In this document: in pieces, positions 35,584 to 44,353 of the stretch
Position numbering within the stretch: the stretch's first letter is position 1
Layout of the letters: each line of letters begins with the position of its first letter
IMG/VR virus record: IMGVR_UViG_3300031998_000001
Span: 1 to 45,063 of that record
From: a virus
Taxonomy: Duplodnaviria > Heunggongvirae > Uroviricota > Caudoviricetes
DNA: 45,063 bases
Direction: 5' to 3' (one strand)
The notes under the pieces: model-generated
Told to the model about the DNA's origin: nothing
The model's database searches: none
The model's input: the letters and a program-made list of their open reading frames with translations, nothing else
Translations under genes and position numbers: made by a program

Positions 35584-38500
35584 ATGGCGAAAGTTGCTTC
35601 ACTTAACGATTTGCTTACACCGATGAAGTCCATCGAGACCTGCCTTCAGGACAGCGCGACTTCCATAAAGGAGGGGGCGCAGTACATAGGGCAGACAATC
35701 GACGACCTCAATTCCGATGTTACGAGCGTACTTCGTGACATTGCTCGGAGAATGTGGGGTATGGAGAGGAGGCTCAACAAGAACGCGAAGGCGCAGGCGA
35801 CCAACGCCGCAGCCAATCCGGGTTCTGGAGGTATAAGGAACGGGTTGAAGGACTTTAAGGAAACCGCGCAACTTTTCAGCCCGCAGGCACTTGCGGCTGG
35901 GGTGTCCGCATTCTCCAGCGTCAAGATGAAGGATGTGTTCCGCTTTCCGCAGAAGATGTCATACGCTACGCAGGGTATGATAGAGCCTATCAAGGTGCTG
36001 AAAGAAAACAGCATAAGACCAGCGGAGGCGATGAAGTACGCTGGTGCGCTCACTGCTCTCGGCAATGCCACCCACGATTTCGTAAAGAGTATGCGCAAGA
36101 CGATAATCTCCTCGAAACTCATAGAGAAGTTCACCCCGAACGATGTTTACAAGAGCGGGCTTTTCAAGGCTGCCGAGCAGGTCGTCGTGACCATTATGAC
36201 GAACATATATGGCGCGAAGTACAACAAGAGGACGAGGACATTCGCGGGCAGGGACGCGAAGCGTGCGTTTGATTTGAATCGGGGGGCGAAGACGCTCACC
36301 AAACTCGGCAGGAACATACTCGGCTTCGTTTCGCTCGTAGCCCTTACTGCGGTCGTTGCGCCCGTAGCCCTTGTCGGAATACTCATAACGGCGGGTGTCG
36401 TCAAGTTGACCACTTGGGTGTTCAAGATACTTGGGGACAGGAGGCAGTTGAAGCAACTTGAACAGGGAGGCAAGGCTCTGTTCTATATGGGTGCTGGGCT
36501 TATAACATTCGAGATTAGCATCGTTATGGCGGCTATAATCGCCCCGTTCGCTATGATTGCGCTCGGAATGGTCACCCCTATCGTTGTCGGCGCAATGACG
36601 CTGTTCTCTATGCTTGGGGACAAGAAAACCACGAAGAATGTCAAGGAGGCGGCTTGGTGCATTACGCTTATGGGGTTGAGCCTCATCGTGTTCTCTGCGG
36701 CTCTCGTGCTTTCGTCTATGATATTGAAGGCGTATCTCTTCACGGACGGGAAACTCGACACGGAGAACCTCGCTTCTATGGCATTGACGATACCAGTGTT
36801 CCTGCTTATGATGGGTTCTCTGTGGGTGTTCAAGAAGGTGGGGACTGACGAGAATATGAAGCACGCTGGCAAGGCGTTCCTCGCAATACTCGCCATAAGT
36901 GCTGGACTTATAGTGTTCTCGCTTGCGATGGCTATAAGTTCGATGCTTACGAAGGACATATGGAGGGGTGCGGACGGAAAGATAGACCCAGTTGCGATAG
37001 TTACCACCGTGGCTGTGTTCGCGCTTCTCGTGGGAAGCATCTATGCGTTCAAGTTGGCGGGCAGTAACTTGAAGGACATCGCGAAAGGTACGGTTTCCGT
37101 CATACTTATGGGCATAGGGCTGGCTATATTTGGGTTCGCCACCGCAATCTATATGAAGGCGTTGGAGGGAAGGACTTGGGAGGACATAGGCAAGGCTGCC
37201 GCCCTTATTGGCATATTCGGTGTTGAATTTATCCTGTTGGGTATTCCTGTTGTGTTTGGCTTTGTTGCTCTCGGTTCGGCATCCGTCGCTCTTATGGCGG
37301 TTGCTCTCGGAGTGTTCGGGTTCGGTGTCGCCGTCTATATGAAGTGCATTGAAGATGTTTCGTGGGAGCAGGTCGGACAAGGTGCTGGAATACTTGGCGT
37401 GTACGGTCTTGAGTTCGCCGCACTTGGCTTGCTTTCGCCCGCGATTGCGCTCGCAGACCTCGCAATAGGCTGTATGGGACCTGCACTTACCGTATTCGGC
37501 AGGGGCTTGAAGGAATATATGGAAGTCGTAGCCGACACGAAATGGGAGACCGTAATCGACGGCGCGAAGGTCATAGGCGTTTACGGTCTTGAGTTCGCAG
37601 GTCTTGGGCTTCTTTCGCTCGGAATACTGGCGGCTGATGCGGCTATGGCTTGTATGGGGCTTTCTCTCGGAGAACTCGCAAAGGGCTTGAAGCCGTTTGG
37701 TGAACTCTTCGAGGAAGTAAAGGTTTCGACATTCCTCGATGGCGCGAAGATAATCGGGGTGCTTGGCGGTGAGTTCGCACTGCTCGGACCCCTCTCGATA
37801 CTCATTGCGCCTGCGGCTGGCGCGATGAAACTTATGGGCGATGCCTTGCAGTCAATCGGCTTGGGGCTGAAACGCTATATGGACGCTGGCGTGAAGCCGA
37901 AGGATGTGGACGACCTCTGCTATGCGATAGACAGGATTAAACTCATATTCATCGGTCAGAAGAAGGAAGACCAGAACAAGGGCTTCTTCGCGAAGATAGG
38001 CGGTGCGATAAGCGGTGCGTTAGCCGCCCCGTTCGACAATGTGGCGATAGAGAATACGGCAAGGGGGTTAAAGACCGCAGGAACTGCGATATATGAACTC
38101 TCGAAGGGCTTGCAGAAATGGGTTGATGCCGACATTCGCGTAGAGGATATGGCTAATATGACGACCATAATCGGCACGATAGGCGAAACATTCCAGCGTC
38201 TTGGGGAGAAGAAGGCTAACGCCAACACTGGCGGTTCGCTTCTCCAGAGGCTCATAGGCGTTGACTTCAGGGGGCTTACAAAGACGGATATGGAACTCGG
38301 TATCCGTTCGGTACAGGGGCTTGGCAAGGCACTTGAAGAAATTGCAAGAGGTCTTGTCGCGTGGAGGGACGGTATGGGCAAGGAGTTCGAGGGTGAGAAA
38401 CTTATCCAACTTGCAAACCAGATAGCCGCAGTTGTCGGTGCTCTCGGAACGGCATTCGCCTCGATTGCGAGCGACGAGAACACCGTGCTCTTTGAAACGA

Positions 38501-40338
38501 AGGACACCTCGACATTTGCAAACGCAATGGGCGAGACATTCGCTACATTTACGAAGCAGGAGTACAAGAACAAAGTCCAGTTGGGTATTGAGTCCTGCAA
38601 GGGGCTTGGCGACATAGTTGTCGGTCTTGCGGATGGTATGCAGAAGATGACGGAGATAGCCGCCAACAAGATAGGTAAGATGCCTACGATAGATGCTGAA
38701 CACTGGACTATAAAGGACGATGACGGAAAGGCGTTGGCTGGCGTTACGAAGGTGCTTCTCTCTATGGGGCAGGTATTTGCCCATATCGGAGAGGTAATAA
38801 AGAAGCAGGGTATGTACACGGAGGTTATTGAGCCAGCAAGGACGGAACTTCACAAGAGCAGCGGTTTCTGCGGTATCGGCGCAAAGGACGAGTCTGTTCA
38901 CATAGCAGCCAAGACGGAACAGCGTTCATACATAGGTCTTGCAATTTCGTCCCTTCTGGGTATAGGCGACATAGTTAGCGGCATAGCCAATGCGCTCAAT
39001 ACGATGACGCAAATCAAGAACACAAGCAATGTGGGTGAACTTACCAGTATGCTTCTTGGTGTCGTAGAGGATGTGGTTATGAAGTTCAAGGGTATGGCTG
39101 AACTCATAGAGAAGGGTCGTACAAAGGTGGTGACAAAACATCATACCTTCAGTGGTACGGCTTACACGGAGACGACCAATGATACGGCATCGTTCCTTGA
39201 AAATGTCAGCAGTGTCGTAAAAATGACGAAGGACGCGAAGGAGGTTATGACCGCAGTCCCAGAGTTGGTCAAGACGCTCAACAAGAACAAGGGCGAGTTC
39301 GAGAAGTTCCTCAAGGACGGTGACGACGGTGTGTTCAGTTCGATAGCGAACATAAACACACTTATTGCCGCTATGAGCGGTGCTGTCCGCGAGAACGGGG
39401 CTGTCGGCGGAAGCGTGGGGTACAGTTGGTATGACGAGAACCACAAGTTGACCTCAAAGTATTTCCCTTGGATTAACAATAAGGCGATAAAGGACGCGAC
39501 AACCAATGCGAACGATATGATACCCCTGATTGAGAAGGTGGTCACCGCGCTCGGAAAGTTGCCGAAGGACAAGTCCGACACCGAACTTATGCACGATGCC
39601 GTAGTCGGACTCGGAGGCAATGTTGTGTCCATAAATGTATGGTTTGACGAGAAGGACATAGAGAGTGCGGGCAAGAAGGTGGACGCGATGGACGGACTGC
39701 TTGTCAAGGCGAACACTATGCTCGCCAAAGTCCCAATGGAAATCAAGTTGCTCTCCGACTTGCAGGAAGCCAACCAAGGCGGTGCGGTCGCGTTCGATAC
39801 CCTGTTCGCGAGCATTTCAGATTCAATACACAGGCTTGACGGTCAGGACTACAAGATAGAGAGCACGACCAATCTTATCAACACATTGAGGAAGGCGAAG
39901 AACGACGGGGTGTTCAGCGACTTGAGGAGCAATGTCGATAAGATGGTGAAGGCTATAAACACGCTCGACAACGAGAAGATGAAGCCGTATGCCGATATGG
40001 TAATGGCACTTCGGGATATGTCAACGGAGAACAGCAAGTTCAAGGAACTTTTCGAGGAACTCGTCAAGACAATCGCGAAGTTGATAGAGGAAATCAAGAA
40101 GGCTGGCACGGACGGTCTTACTGGCGACAGCGGAAGCGGAAGCGGAAGCAGTAACAGCAATGACAACCGCAGGTATGCACCTGTACCGCAGGTCAATAAT
40201 AACGCCAGCAATGCAGCCATCGGCGAACTTACGAAGAAGATTACTACGCTTGTCGGTATGATGAGCAAGGGTGAAATCAGGGGGACGAAGAACTCGAAGG
40301 ACGGCTCGGACTTCACGATTACATTCAAGTCGTCGTAG
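35584..40338 (+). CDS. Probable tail tape measure protein
   Basis: 1584 aa, Ala/Gly-rich and helical with many hydrophobic segments and internal repeats (WE.V..GA..IGVYGLEFA.LGLLS); late promoter. Confidence 0.7.
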   Translation: MAKVASLNDLLTPMKSIETCLQDSATSIKEGAQYIGQTIDDLNSDVTSVLRDIARRMWGMERRLNKNAKAQATNAAANPGSGGIRNGLKDFKETAQLFSPQALAAGVSAFSSVKMKDVFRFPQKMSYATQGMIEPIKVLKENSIRPAEAMKYAGALTALGNATHDFVKSMRKTIISSKLIEKFTPNDVYKSGLFKAAEQVVVTIMTNIYGAKYNKRTRTFAGRDAKRAFDLNRGAKTLTKLGRNILGFVSLVALTAVVAPVALVGILITAGVVKLTTWVFKILGDRRQLKQLEQGGKALFYMGAGLITFEISIVMAAIIAPFAMIALGMVTPIVVGAMTLFSMLGDKKTTKNVKEAAWCITLMGLSLIVFSAALVLSSMILKAYLFTDGKLDTENLASMALTIPVFLLMMGSLWVFKKVGTDENMKHAGKAFLAILAISAGLIVFSLAMAISSMLTKDIWRGADGKIDPVAIVTTVAVFALLVGSIYAFKLAGSNLKDIAKGTVSVILMGIGLAIFGFATAIYMKALEGRTWEDIGKAAALIGIFGVEFILLGIPVVFGFVALGSASVALMAVALGVFGFGVAVYMKCIEDVSWEQVGQGAGILGVYGLEFAALGLLSPAIALADLAIGCMGPALTVFGRGLKEYMEVVADTKWETVIDGAKVIGVYGLEFAGLGLLSLGILAADAAMACMGLSLGELAKGLKPFGELFEEVKVSTFLDGAKIIGVLGGEFALLGPLSILIAPAAGAMKLMGDALQSIGLGLKRYMDAGVKPKDVDDLCYAIDRIKLIFIGQKKEDQNKGFFAKIGGAISGALAAPFDNVAIENTARGLKTAGTAIYELSKGLQKWVDADIRVEDMANMTTIIGTIGETFQRLGEKKANANTGGSLLQRLIGVDFRGLTKTDMELGIRSVQGLGKALEEIARGLVAWRDGMGKEFEGEKLIQLANQIAAVVGALGTAFASIASDENTVLFETKDTSTFANAMGETFATFTKQEYKNKVQLGIESCKGLGDIVVGLADGMQKMTEIAANKIGKMPTIDAEHWTIKDDDGKALAGVTKVLLSMGQVFAHIGEVIKKQGMYTEVIEPARTELHKSSGFCGIGAKDESVHIAAKTEQRSYIGLAISSLLGIGDIVSGIANALNTMTQIKNTSNVGELTSMLLGVVEDVVMKFKGMAELIEKGRTKVVTKHHTFSGTAYTETTNDTASFLENVSSVVKMTKDAKEVMTAVPELVKTLNKNKGEFEKFLKDGDDGVFSSIANINTLIAAMSGAVRENGAVGGSVGYSWYDENHKLTSKYFPWINNKAIKDATTNANDMIPLIEKVVTALGKLPKDKSDTELMHDAVVGLGGNVVSINVWFDEKDIESAGKKVDAMDGLLVKANTMLAKVPMEIKLLSDLQEANQGGAVAFDTLFASISDSIHRLDGQDYKIESTTNLINTLRKAKNDGVFSDLRSNVDKMVKAINTLDNEKMKPYADMVMALRDMSTENSKFKELFEELVKTIAKLIEEIKKAGTDGLTGDSGSGSGSSNSNDNRRYAPVPQVNNNASNAAIGELTKKITTLVGMMSKGEIRGTKNSKDGSDFTITFKSS

Positions 40339-40369
40339 CAGGGAATAAGATGATGTATAATAATCAAAA

Positions 40370-40377
40370 TATAAATA
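40370..40377 (+). promoter_or_regulatory. Late promoter TATAAATA
   Basis: Exact consensus upstream of 40404. Confidence 0.75.
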
Positions 40378-40403
40378 ATATATTAGAATAAAATATTACA
40401 GGT

Positions 40404-41552
40404 ATGTATATAAAGCATTTTGAAGAGTTCGTGAACGAAAGCCGTAATCCTTACGGGTACTACGGCAACCGCATAGACGAAGGTCTGTTCAGTAGCGTTG
40501 CCGCACCAGACAAGCCGAAGGTTGAACTTACCGCAGACTTCATCCGTGACAACAACCCAGATGTAATCGCAGAGGCGTTTTTCAACAATGTAAGTTATGC
40601 GATGTACAAGGTCGGAAGCGATGTTGACAAGGCTATCAACTTCGTTGTCGAGGGCGCAAAGGACATTATGGAGGAAATCAAGTCCGACGCTGAACTTGCA
40701 AAGAAGTTCGTTGAGGGTATCGGAAACGCAATCCTCAATTCTATGAAGAACGCATACGGCTATGCGAAGAAGGCGGTCACCGCAATTCCCAACTTCATAG
40801 TGTTCTCGCTCGCATTCCTCGTCAAACTCGGAATATCGGGAGTTGACAGCGCAAAGGAAGGCATAAAGAAGATTTACGGTGTCCTTGCCGATGCTGTGAA
40901 GAAGGCATATGAGGAAATCAAGGGCAAGTTGAAGGACGCTGGCGATGCACTCGAAGGCGCATACAACTCGGTAAAGGACAAGGTTGAGGTTTTCACCAAA
41001 CTCTGCTACTCAATCATACTTGCTGTCGCAAAGAAGATTTCGGGGGCAGCCGAGGCGTTCGGCTCATTCCTGAAGCAACTCTTCAACGATGCGAAGGAAA
41101 AGGTTACAGCCGCAGTTATGATAGTAAGGCAGTGGTTCAAGTCGAAGGCTTCGGATGTCGCCAACTATGTAAAGAGCACTGCTGGCGATATTGCCGACAC
41201 GCTCAAGGATACTTGGAAGTCGCTCTCCCGCAAGGTTCGCGGTGCATACACGGATGTTACCGACAAACTCAACGGCTGGCTCGATACAATCAAGGCTGAA
41301 ATGAACAAGATTGGTCAGAAGATTTCCGAGATTGCTGGAAAGGCTGGCGACAAGTTGATTTCGGTCAAGGACGCTACCGCAAGCGCAGTCATAAAGAAGG
41401 GTGTCAAGGCTCTCAACAAGAAGAACTACTCGTTAGACCAAGTGATTGATATGGTCACGAAGGCATACAACGAGTCATTGTTCGTCGATGAGTTCGGTGA
41501 ACTCGTGCTGAACGAGAACATCTACAACTTCAACCTCTCTATGATTGACTAA
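40404..41552 (+). CDS. Amphipathic helical (apolipoprotein-like) protein with leader MYIKHFEEFVNES
   Basis: Leader motif, RIDEG, C-terminal AYNES and VLNEN; Ala/Lys-rich helices. Confidence 0.85.
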   Translation: MYIKHFEEFVNESRNPYGYYGNRIDEGLFSSVAAPDKPKVELTADFIRDNNPDVIAEAFFNNVSYAMYKVGSDVDKAINFVVEGAKDIMEEIKSDAELAKKFVEGIGNAILNSMKNAYGYAKKAVTAIPNFIVFSLAFLVKLGISGVDSAKEGIKKIYGVLADAVKKAYEEIKGKLKDAGDALEGAYNSVKDKVEVFTKLCYSIILAVAKKISGAAEAFGSFLKQLFNDAKEKVTAAVMIVRQWFKSKASDVANYVKSTAGDIADTLKDTWKSLSRKVRGAYTDVTDKLNGWLDTIKAEMNKIGQKISEIAGKAGDKLISVKDATASAVIKKGVKALNKKNYSLDQVIDMVTKAYNESLFVDEFGELVLNENIYNFNLSMID

Positions 41553-41590
41553 TTTGGTTTGAAATCTTTTTGGTTTTTTGGTTTTGACAG

Positions 41591-41619
41591 GCGGGCGGGG
41601 TTATCCCGCCTGCTTTTTT
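41591..41619 (+). terminator. Intrinsic terminator
   Basis: GCGGGCGGG/CCCGCCTGC stem followed by T6. Confidence 0.8.
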
Positions 41620-41623
41620 GTCA

Positions 41624-41631
41624 TATAAATA
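41624..41631 (+). promoter_or_regulatory. Late promoter TATAAATA
   Basis: Exact consensus upstream of 41659. Confidence 0.75.
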
Positions 41632-41658
41632 ATATGTAACCAATTAACTATTGCAATT

Positions 41659-42105
41659 ATGTTGACAAACTTAAAGCCGTTCCACATAGACAGCGTGGAA
41701 CTTGTACCAGAAAGCGAGTTCAGGTACTCCAAAGTGACATTCCCCCCATATGTATCGGTTTCCAAGCACGGCGACTATTCTTCGAGCAAGTGGGCGGTGA
41801 GCCTGTTTGAAGTCCATTTCTTCACGGGCGGGAAGTATGTGAAGGGCATAGAGGAATATGTCTGCTCGTATGACATTGACGATGAGGCGAAGAAGTTTAC
41901 CGTTACCTTCAACACGACGGACGAGGCGTACCTTGACGCTGACGGGATATTCGGCAAGTTCGGCGATACGAGGGCTGTGATATTCCGCATCAACCGAACT
42001 GGCGAGTTCATCGCCCGCAGGACGCTGGACTGCAAGGTCGAGAGCATTTCGGAGGCGCAGGAAGGCTCGTTCAGGAAAAAGACAGTCGTGTTCTCGTTCG
42101 ATTAG
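41659..42105 (+). CDS. Hypothetical late protein, possible divergent tail-tube paralog
   Basis: SLFEVHF, FTVTFN, RINRTGEFIARR and VVFSFD parallel motifs in 16971..17534. Confidence 0.5.
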   Translation: MLTNLKPFHIDSVELVPESEFRYSKVTFPPYVSVSKHGDYSSSKWAVSLFEVHFFTGGKYVKGIEEYVCSYDIDDEAKKFTVTFNTTDEAYLDADGIFGKFGDTRAVIFRINRTGEFIARRTLDCKVESISEAQEGSFRKKTVVFSFD

Positions 42106-42123
42106 AAGTCGGGAGGAGGCATT

Positions 42124-42750
42124 ATGGTCGGACTACCGTTTGATGTAAATTCGGCAAGGCGGGGCGAACTCGTCTCGACAAGGGACGGTCGTCCCGTGAG
42201 GATAGTATGCTGGGATGTGAAGAACACGGATTTCCCCATACTTGCGCTTGTGCTGGAGAAGGACGGGCGGGAACACCCGTACCAGTACACTGCGGACGGG
42301 CGTGTCGTCAAGGGGAAGATACGGCTCGAAGGCGACCTCGTTATGGTCAATCCCGAAGAGAAGAAGCAGAGGAAAGTGGGCGGGCGTGTGCTTTTCGTGA
42401 AGTTGAAGTTCAACGGGCGGGCTGGCTTCGACTTCCTGCTTGACCTTGCGTCCCAGTGCGAAGGGCTTATCGGCTACCGCGTCATCGGGTATGACGAGAT
42501 GTTGCTTCGGCTTCCTTTCATCGACGGTGAGAAACTCTACTCGTATATGTCGGCTCTCGCCTCGAAGTGCAGGCTCGGAGGAAAGCCTCTCGACTTCAAG
42601 TGCGTCTATGCGGACGACAAGAAAACCTTTGGGGACTGTGGCTATTACGAGACAGCCAACGGTATGCTTCTCGGCACTCGCTTCGTGAACAAGGTTCGTC
42701 AGGACAAGGCTATAAGTGACTTCTTCACCCGTTCCGACTTTGCCGAGTAG
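42124..42750 (+). CDS. Hypothetical protein with a common phage N-terminal domain (TRDGRPVRIVCWD)
   Basis: PFD...G..V.TRDGR.VRI.C.D....PI.ALV pattern. Confidence 0.75.
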   Translation: MVGLPFDVNSARRGELVSTRDGRPVRIVCWDVKNTDFPILALVLEKDGREHPYQYTADGRVVKGKIRLEGDLVMVNPEEKKQRKVGGRVLFVKLKFNGRAGFDFLLDLASQCEGLIGYRVIGYDEMLLRLPFIDGEKLYSYMSALASKCRLGGKPLDFKCVYADDKKTFGDCGYYETANGMLLGTRFVNKVRQDKAISDFFTRSDFAE

Positions 42751-42842
42751 CACTTTTTTTCTGAAATCGTCCTCCTTTGGCTTTGTAACGGATAATTTCC
42801 ATTTTCATTGGCAAAGGTAGCAAATCCCAGTGAAGTGCGGAA

Positions 42843-42850
42843 TATAAATA
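42843..42850 (+). promoter_or_regulatory. Late promoter TATAAATA
   Basis: Exact consensus upstream of 42879. Confidence 0.75.
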
Positions 42851-42878
42851 ATAATAGGATAATATAACCGAATTGATT

Positions 42879-44240
42879 ATGCACTATATAAAGAAATTCG
42901 ACGAGTTCATAAGCGAAGGAAGGATAAACGAGATGGGAATGGCTGTAAGGAATGCCAATCTTGCGTCTGCAAAGAACGGGCTTACAGGGGAGCACAACGG
43001 GAATCCTGAAACTGCAAATGACGAACTCGCAAGGAAATACAATCTGAAACTCAACCCGACTACGGGGCTGTATGATTGCAACGGCAATGTTAAAGTCGGA
43101 AAGGATTTGGTCAAGGACGGAAGACTGGTCATTGGGTTCGGAACGGTTAAGGGCAATTTCGATTGCCATCTCTGTGACCTGACTTCCCTTGAAGGCGCAC
43201 CGCAGAGCGTCGGCGGGGATTTCGATTGCAGTCGTAACTACAAACTGCGTTCCCTTGAAGGCGCACCGCAGGAAGTCGGTAAGGATTTTAAGTGCAACAG
43301 TAACTACCTGACATCGCTCAAGGGAGCACCGCAGGAAGTTGGCGGAAATTTTGATTGTAGCGGAAACGACTTAACCGCCCTTGAATATTGTCCGCAGAAT
43401 GTTAGTGGGAACTTCGATTGCCGTTATAATAAATTGGCATCACTCGAAGGCGCACCGCAAAAAGTCGGCGGGTTCGATTGTAGCGGAAACAACGACCTGA
43501 CCAATCTCAAGGGAGCACCGCGCGAAGTCGGTGGAACTTTCAAGTGCTTCGACAGCAAACTGCGTTCCCTCGAAGGCGCACCGCAAAAAGTCGGCGGGTT
43601 CGATTGCGGTGAAAACAAACTGACATCCCTCAAAGGCGCACCGCAGGAAGTCGGGTGGTTCGATTGCCACGGTAACATCCTGCGTTCCCTCGAAGGCGCA
43701 CCGCAAAAAGTCGGTGGATTTAAGTGTAGTGGTAACATATTAACTTCCCTTGAAGGCGCACCGCAGGAAGTTGGCGGGAATTTCGATTGTAGCATCAACA
43801 ACCTGACTTCCCTTGAAGGCTGTCCGCAGGAAGTTGGCGGGTATTTCGATTGCAGTCATAACAGCAAATTGGTTTCCCTTGAAGGCGCACCGCAAAAAGT
43901 TGGCGGGAATTTCTATTGCACCAACAACAATAGTCTGACTTCACTTGAAGGCGCACCGCAAAAAGTCGGTAAGGATTTTGATTGCAGTCTTAACAAATTA
44001 ACTTCCCTTGAAGGCGCACCGCAGGAGGTCGGTGGAAGTTTTGATTGCAGTTTTAATAACTTGACTACCATCAAAGGCGCACCGCAAAAAGTTGGCGGGA
44101 ATTTTGAGTGCAACAATAACAACCTGATTTACAACGAAACCAAATTCTACGGCTTTCTTCCAGATGTTATCAAAGGTAATTTGAAAGCAGACAACGGGTG
44201 TAATTACGAACTTGCACGGACATACTACAACAAGAATTAG
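42879..44240 (+). CDS. LRR-like repeat protein with leader MHYIKKFDEFISEGRINEM
   Basis: 15 repeats of L.SLEGAPQ.VGG.F.C..N. Confidence 0.9.
   Translation: MHYIKKFDEFISEGRINEMGMAVRNANLASAKNGLTGEHNGNPETANDELARKYNLKLNPTTGLYDCNGNVKVGKDLVKDGRLVIGFGTVKGNFDCHLCDLTSLEGAPQSVGGDFDCSRNYKLRSLEGAPQEVGKDFKCNSNYLTSLKGAPQEVGGNFDCSGNDLTALEYCPQNVSGNFDCRYNKLASLEGAPQKVGGFDCSGNNDLTNLKGAPREVGGTFKCFDSKLRSLEGAPQKVGGFDCGENKLTSLKGAPQEVGWFDCHGNILRSLEGAPQKVGGFKCSGNILTSLEGAPQEVGGNFDCSINNLTSLEGCPQEVGGYFDCSHNSKLVSLEGAPQKVGGNFYCTNNNSLTSLEGAPQKVGKDFDCSLNKLTSLEGAPQEVGGSFDCSFNNLTTIKGAPQKVGGNFECNNNNLIYNETKFYGFLPDVIKGNLKADNGCNYELARTYYNKN
43179..44123 (+). repeat. 15 coding tandem repeats of 60-66 nt
   Basis: Core cccttgaaggcgcaccgca(g/a) recurs. 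Confidence 0.95.
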
Positions 44241-44282
44241 GACTATGTAGGCACAGAACCAGTGCTACTGTATCTATCCGCC

Positions 44283-44325
44283 ATCAACCCAGTTAAGCCT
44301 CTAAACGCGCTTGGCTGGGTTGGTG
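44283..44325. terminator. Long hairpin after the LRR gene
   Basis: CAACCCAGTTAAGC/GCTTGGCTGGGTTG stem. Confidence 0.5.
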
Positions 44326-44353
44326 CGTTTCGGGACTGAATACGGCAACTTTG

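Noticed and set aside
35959-37380. 473 aa antisense ORF (also 18567..19775, 11547..12659, 20292..21341, 32620..33636)
   Set aside because: Shadow ORFs opposite well-supported genes; codon bias makes reverse-strand stops rare; no motifs or promoters.
35584-40338. Membrane transporter
   Set aside because: The hydrophobic segments are repetitive and Ala/Gly-rich with no transporter motifs; size and late promoter fit a tape measure protein better.
43179-44123. CRISPR-like repeat-spacer pattern
   Set aside because: Repeats are in-frame protein repeats, and the intervening segments are homologous to each other.
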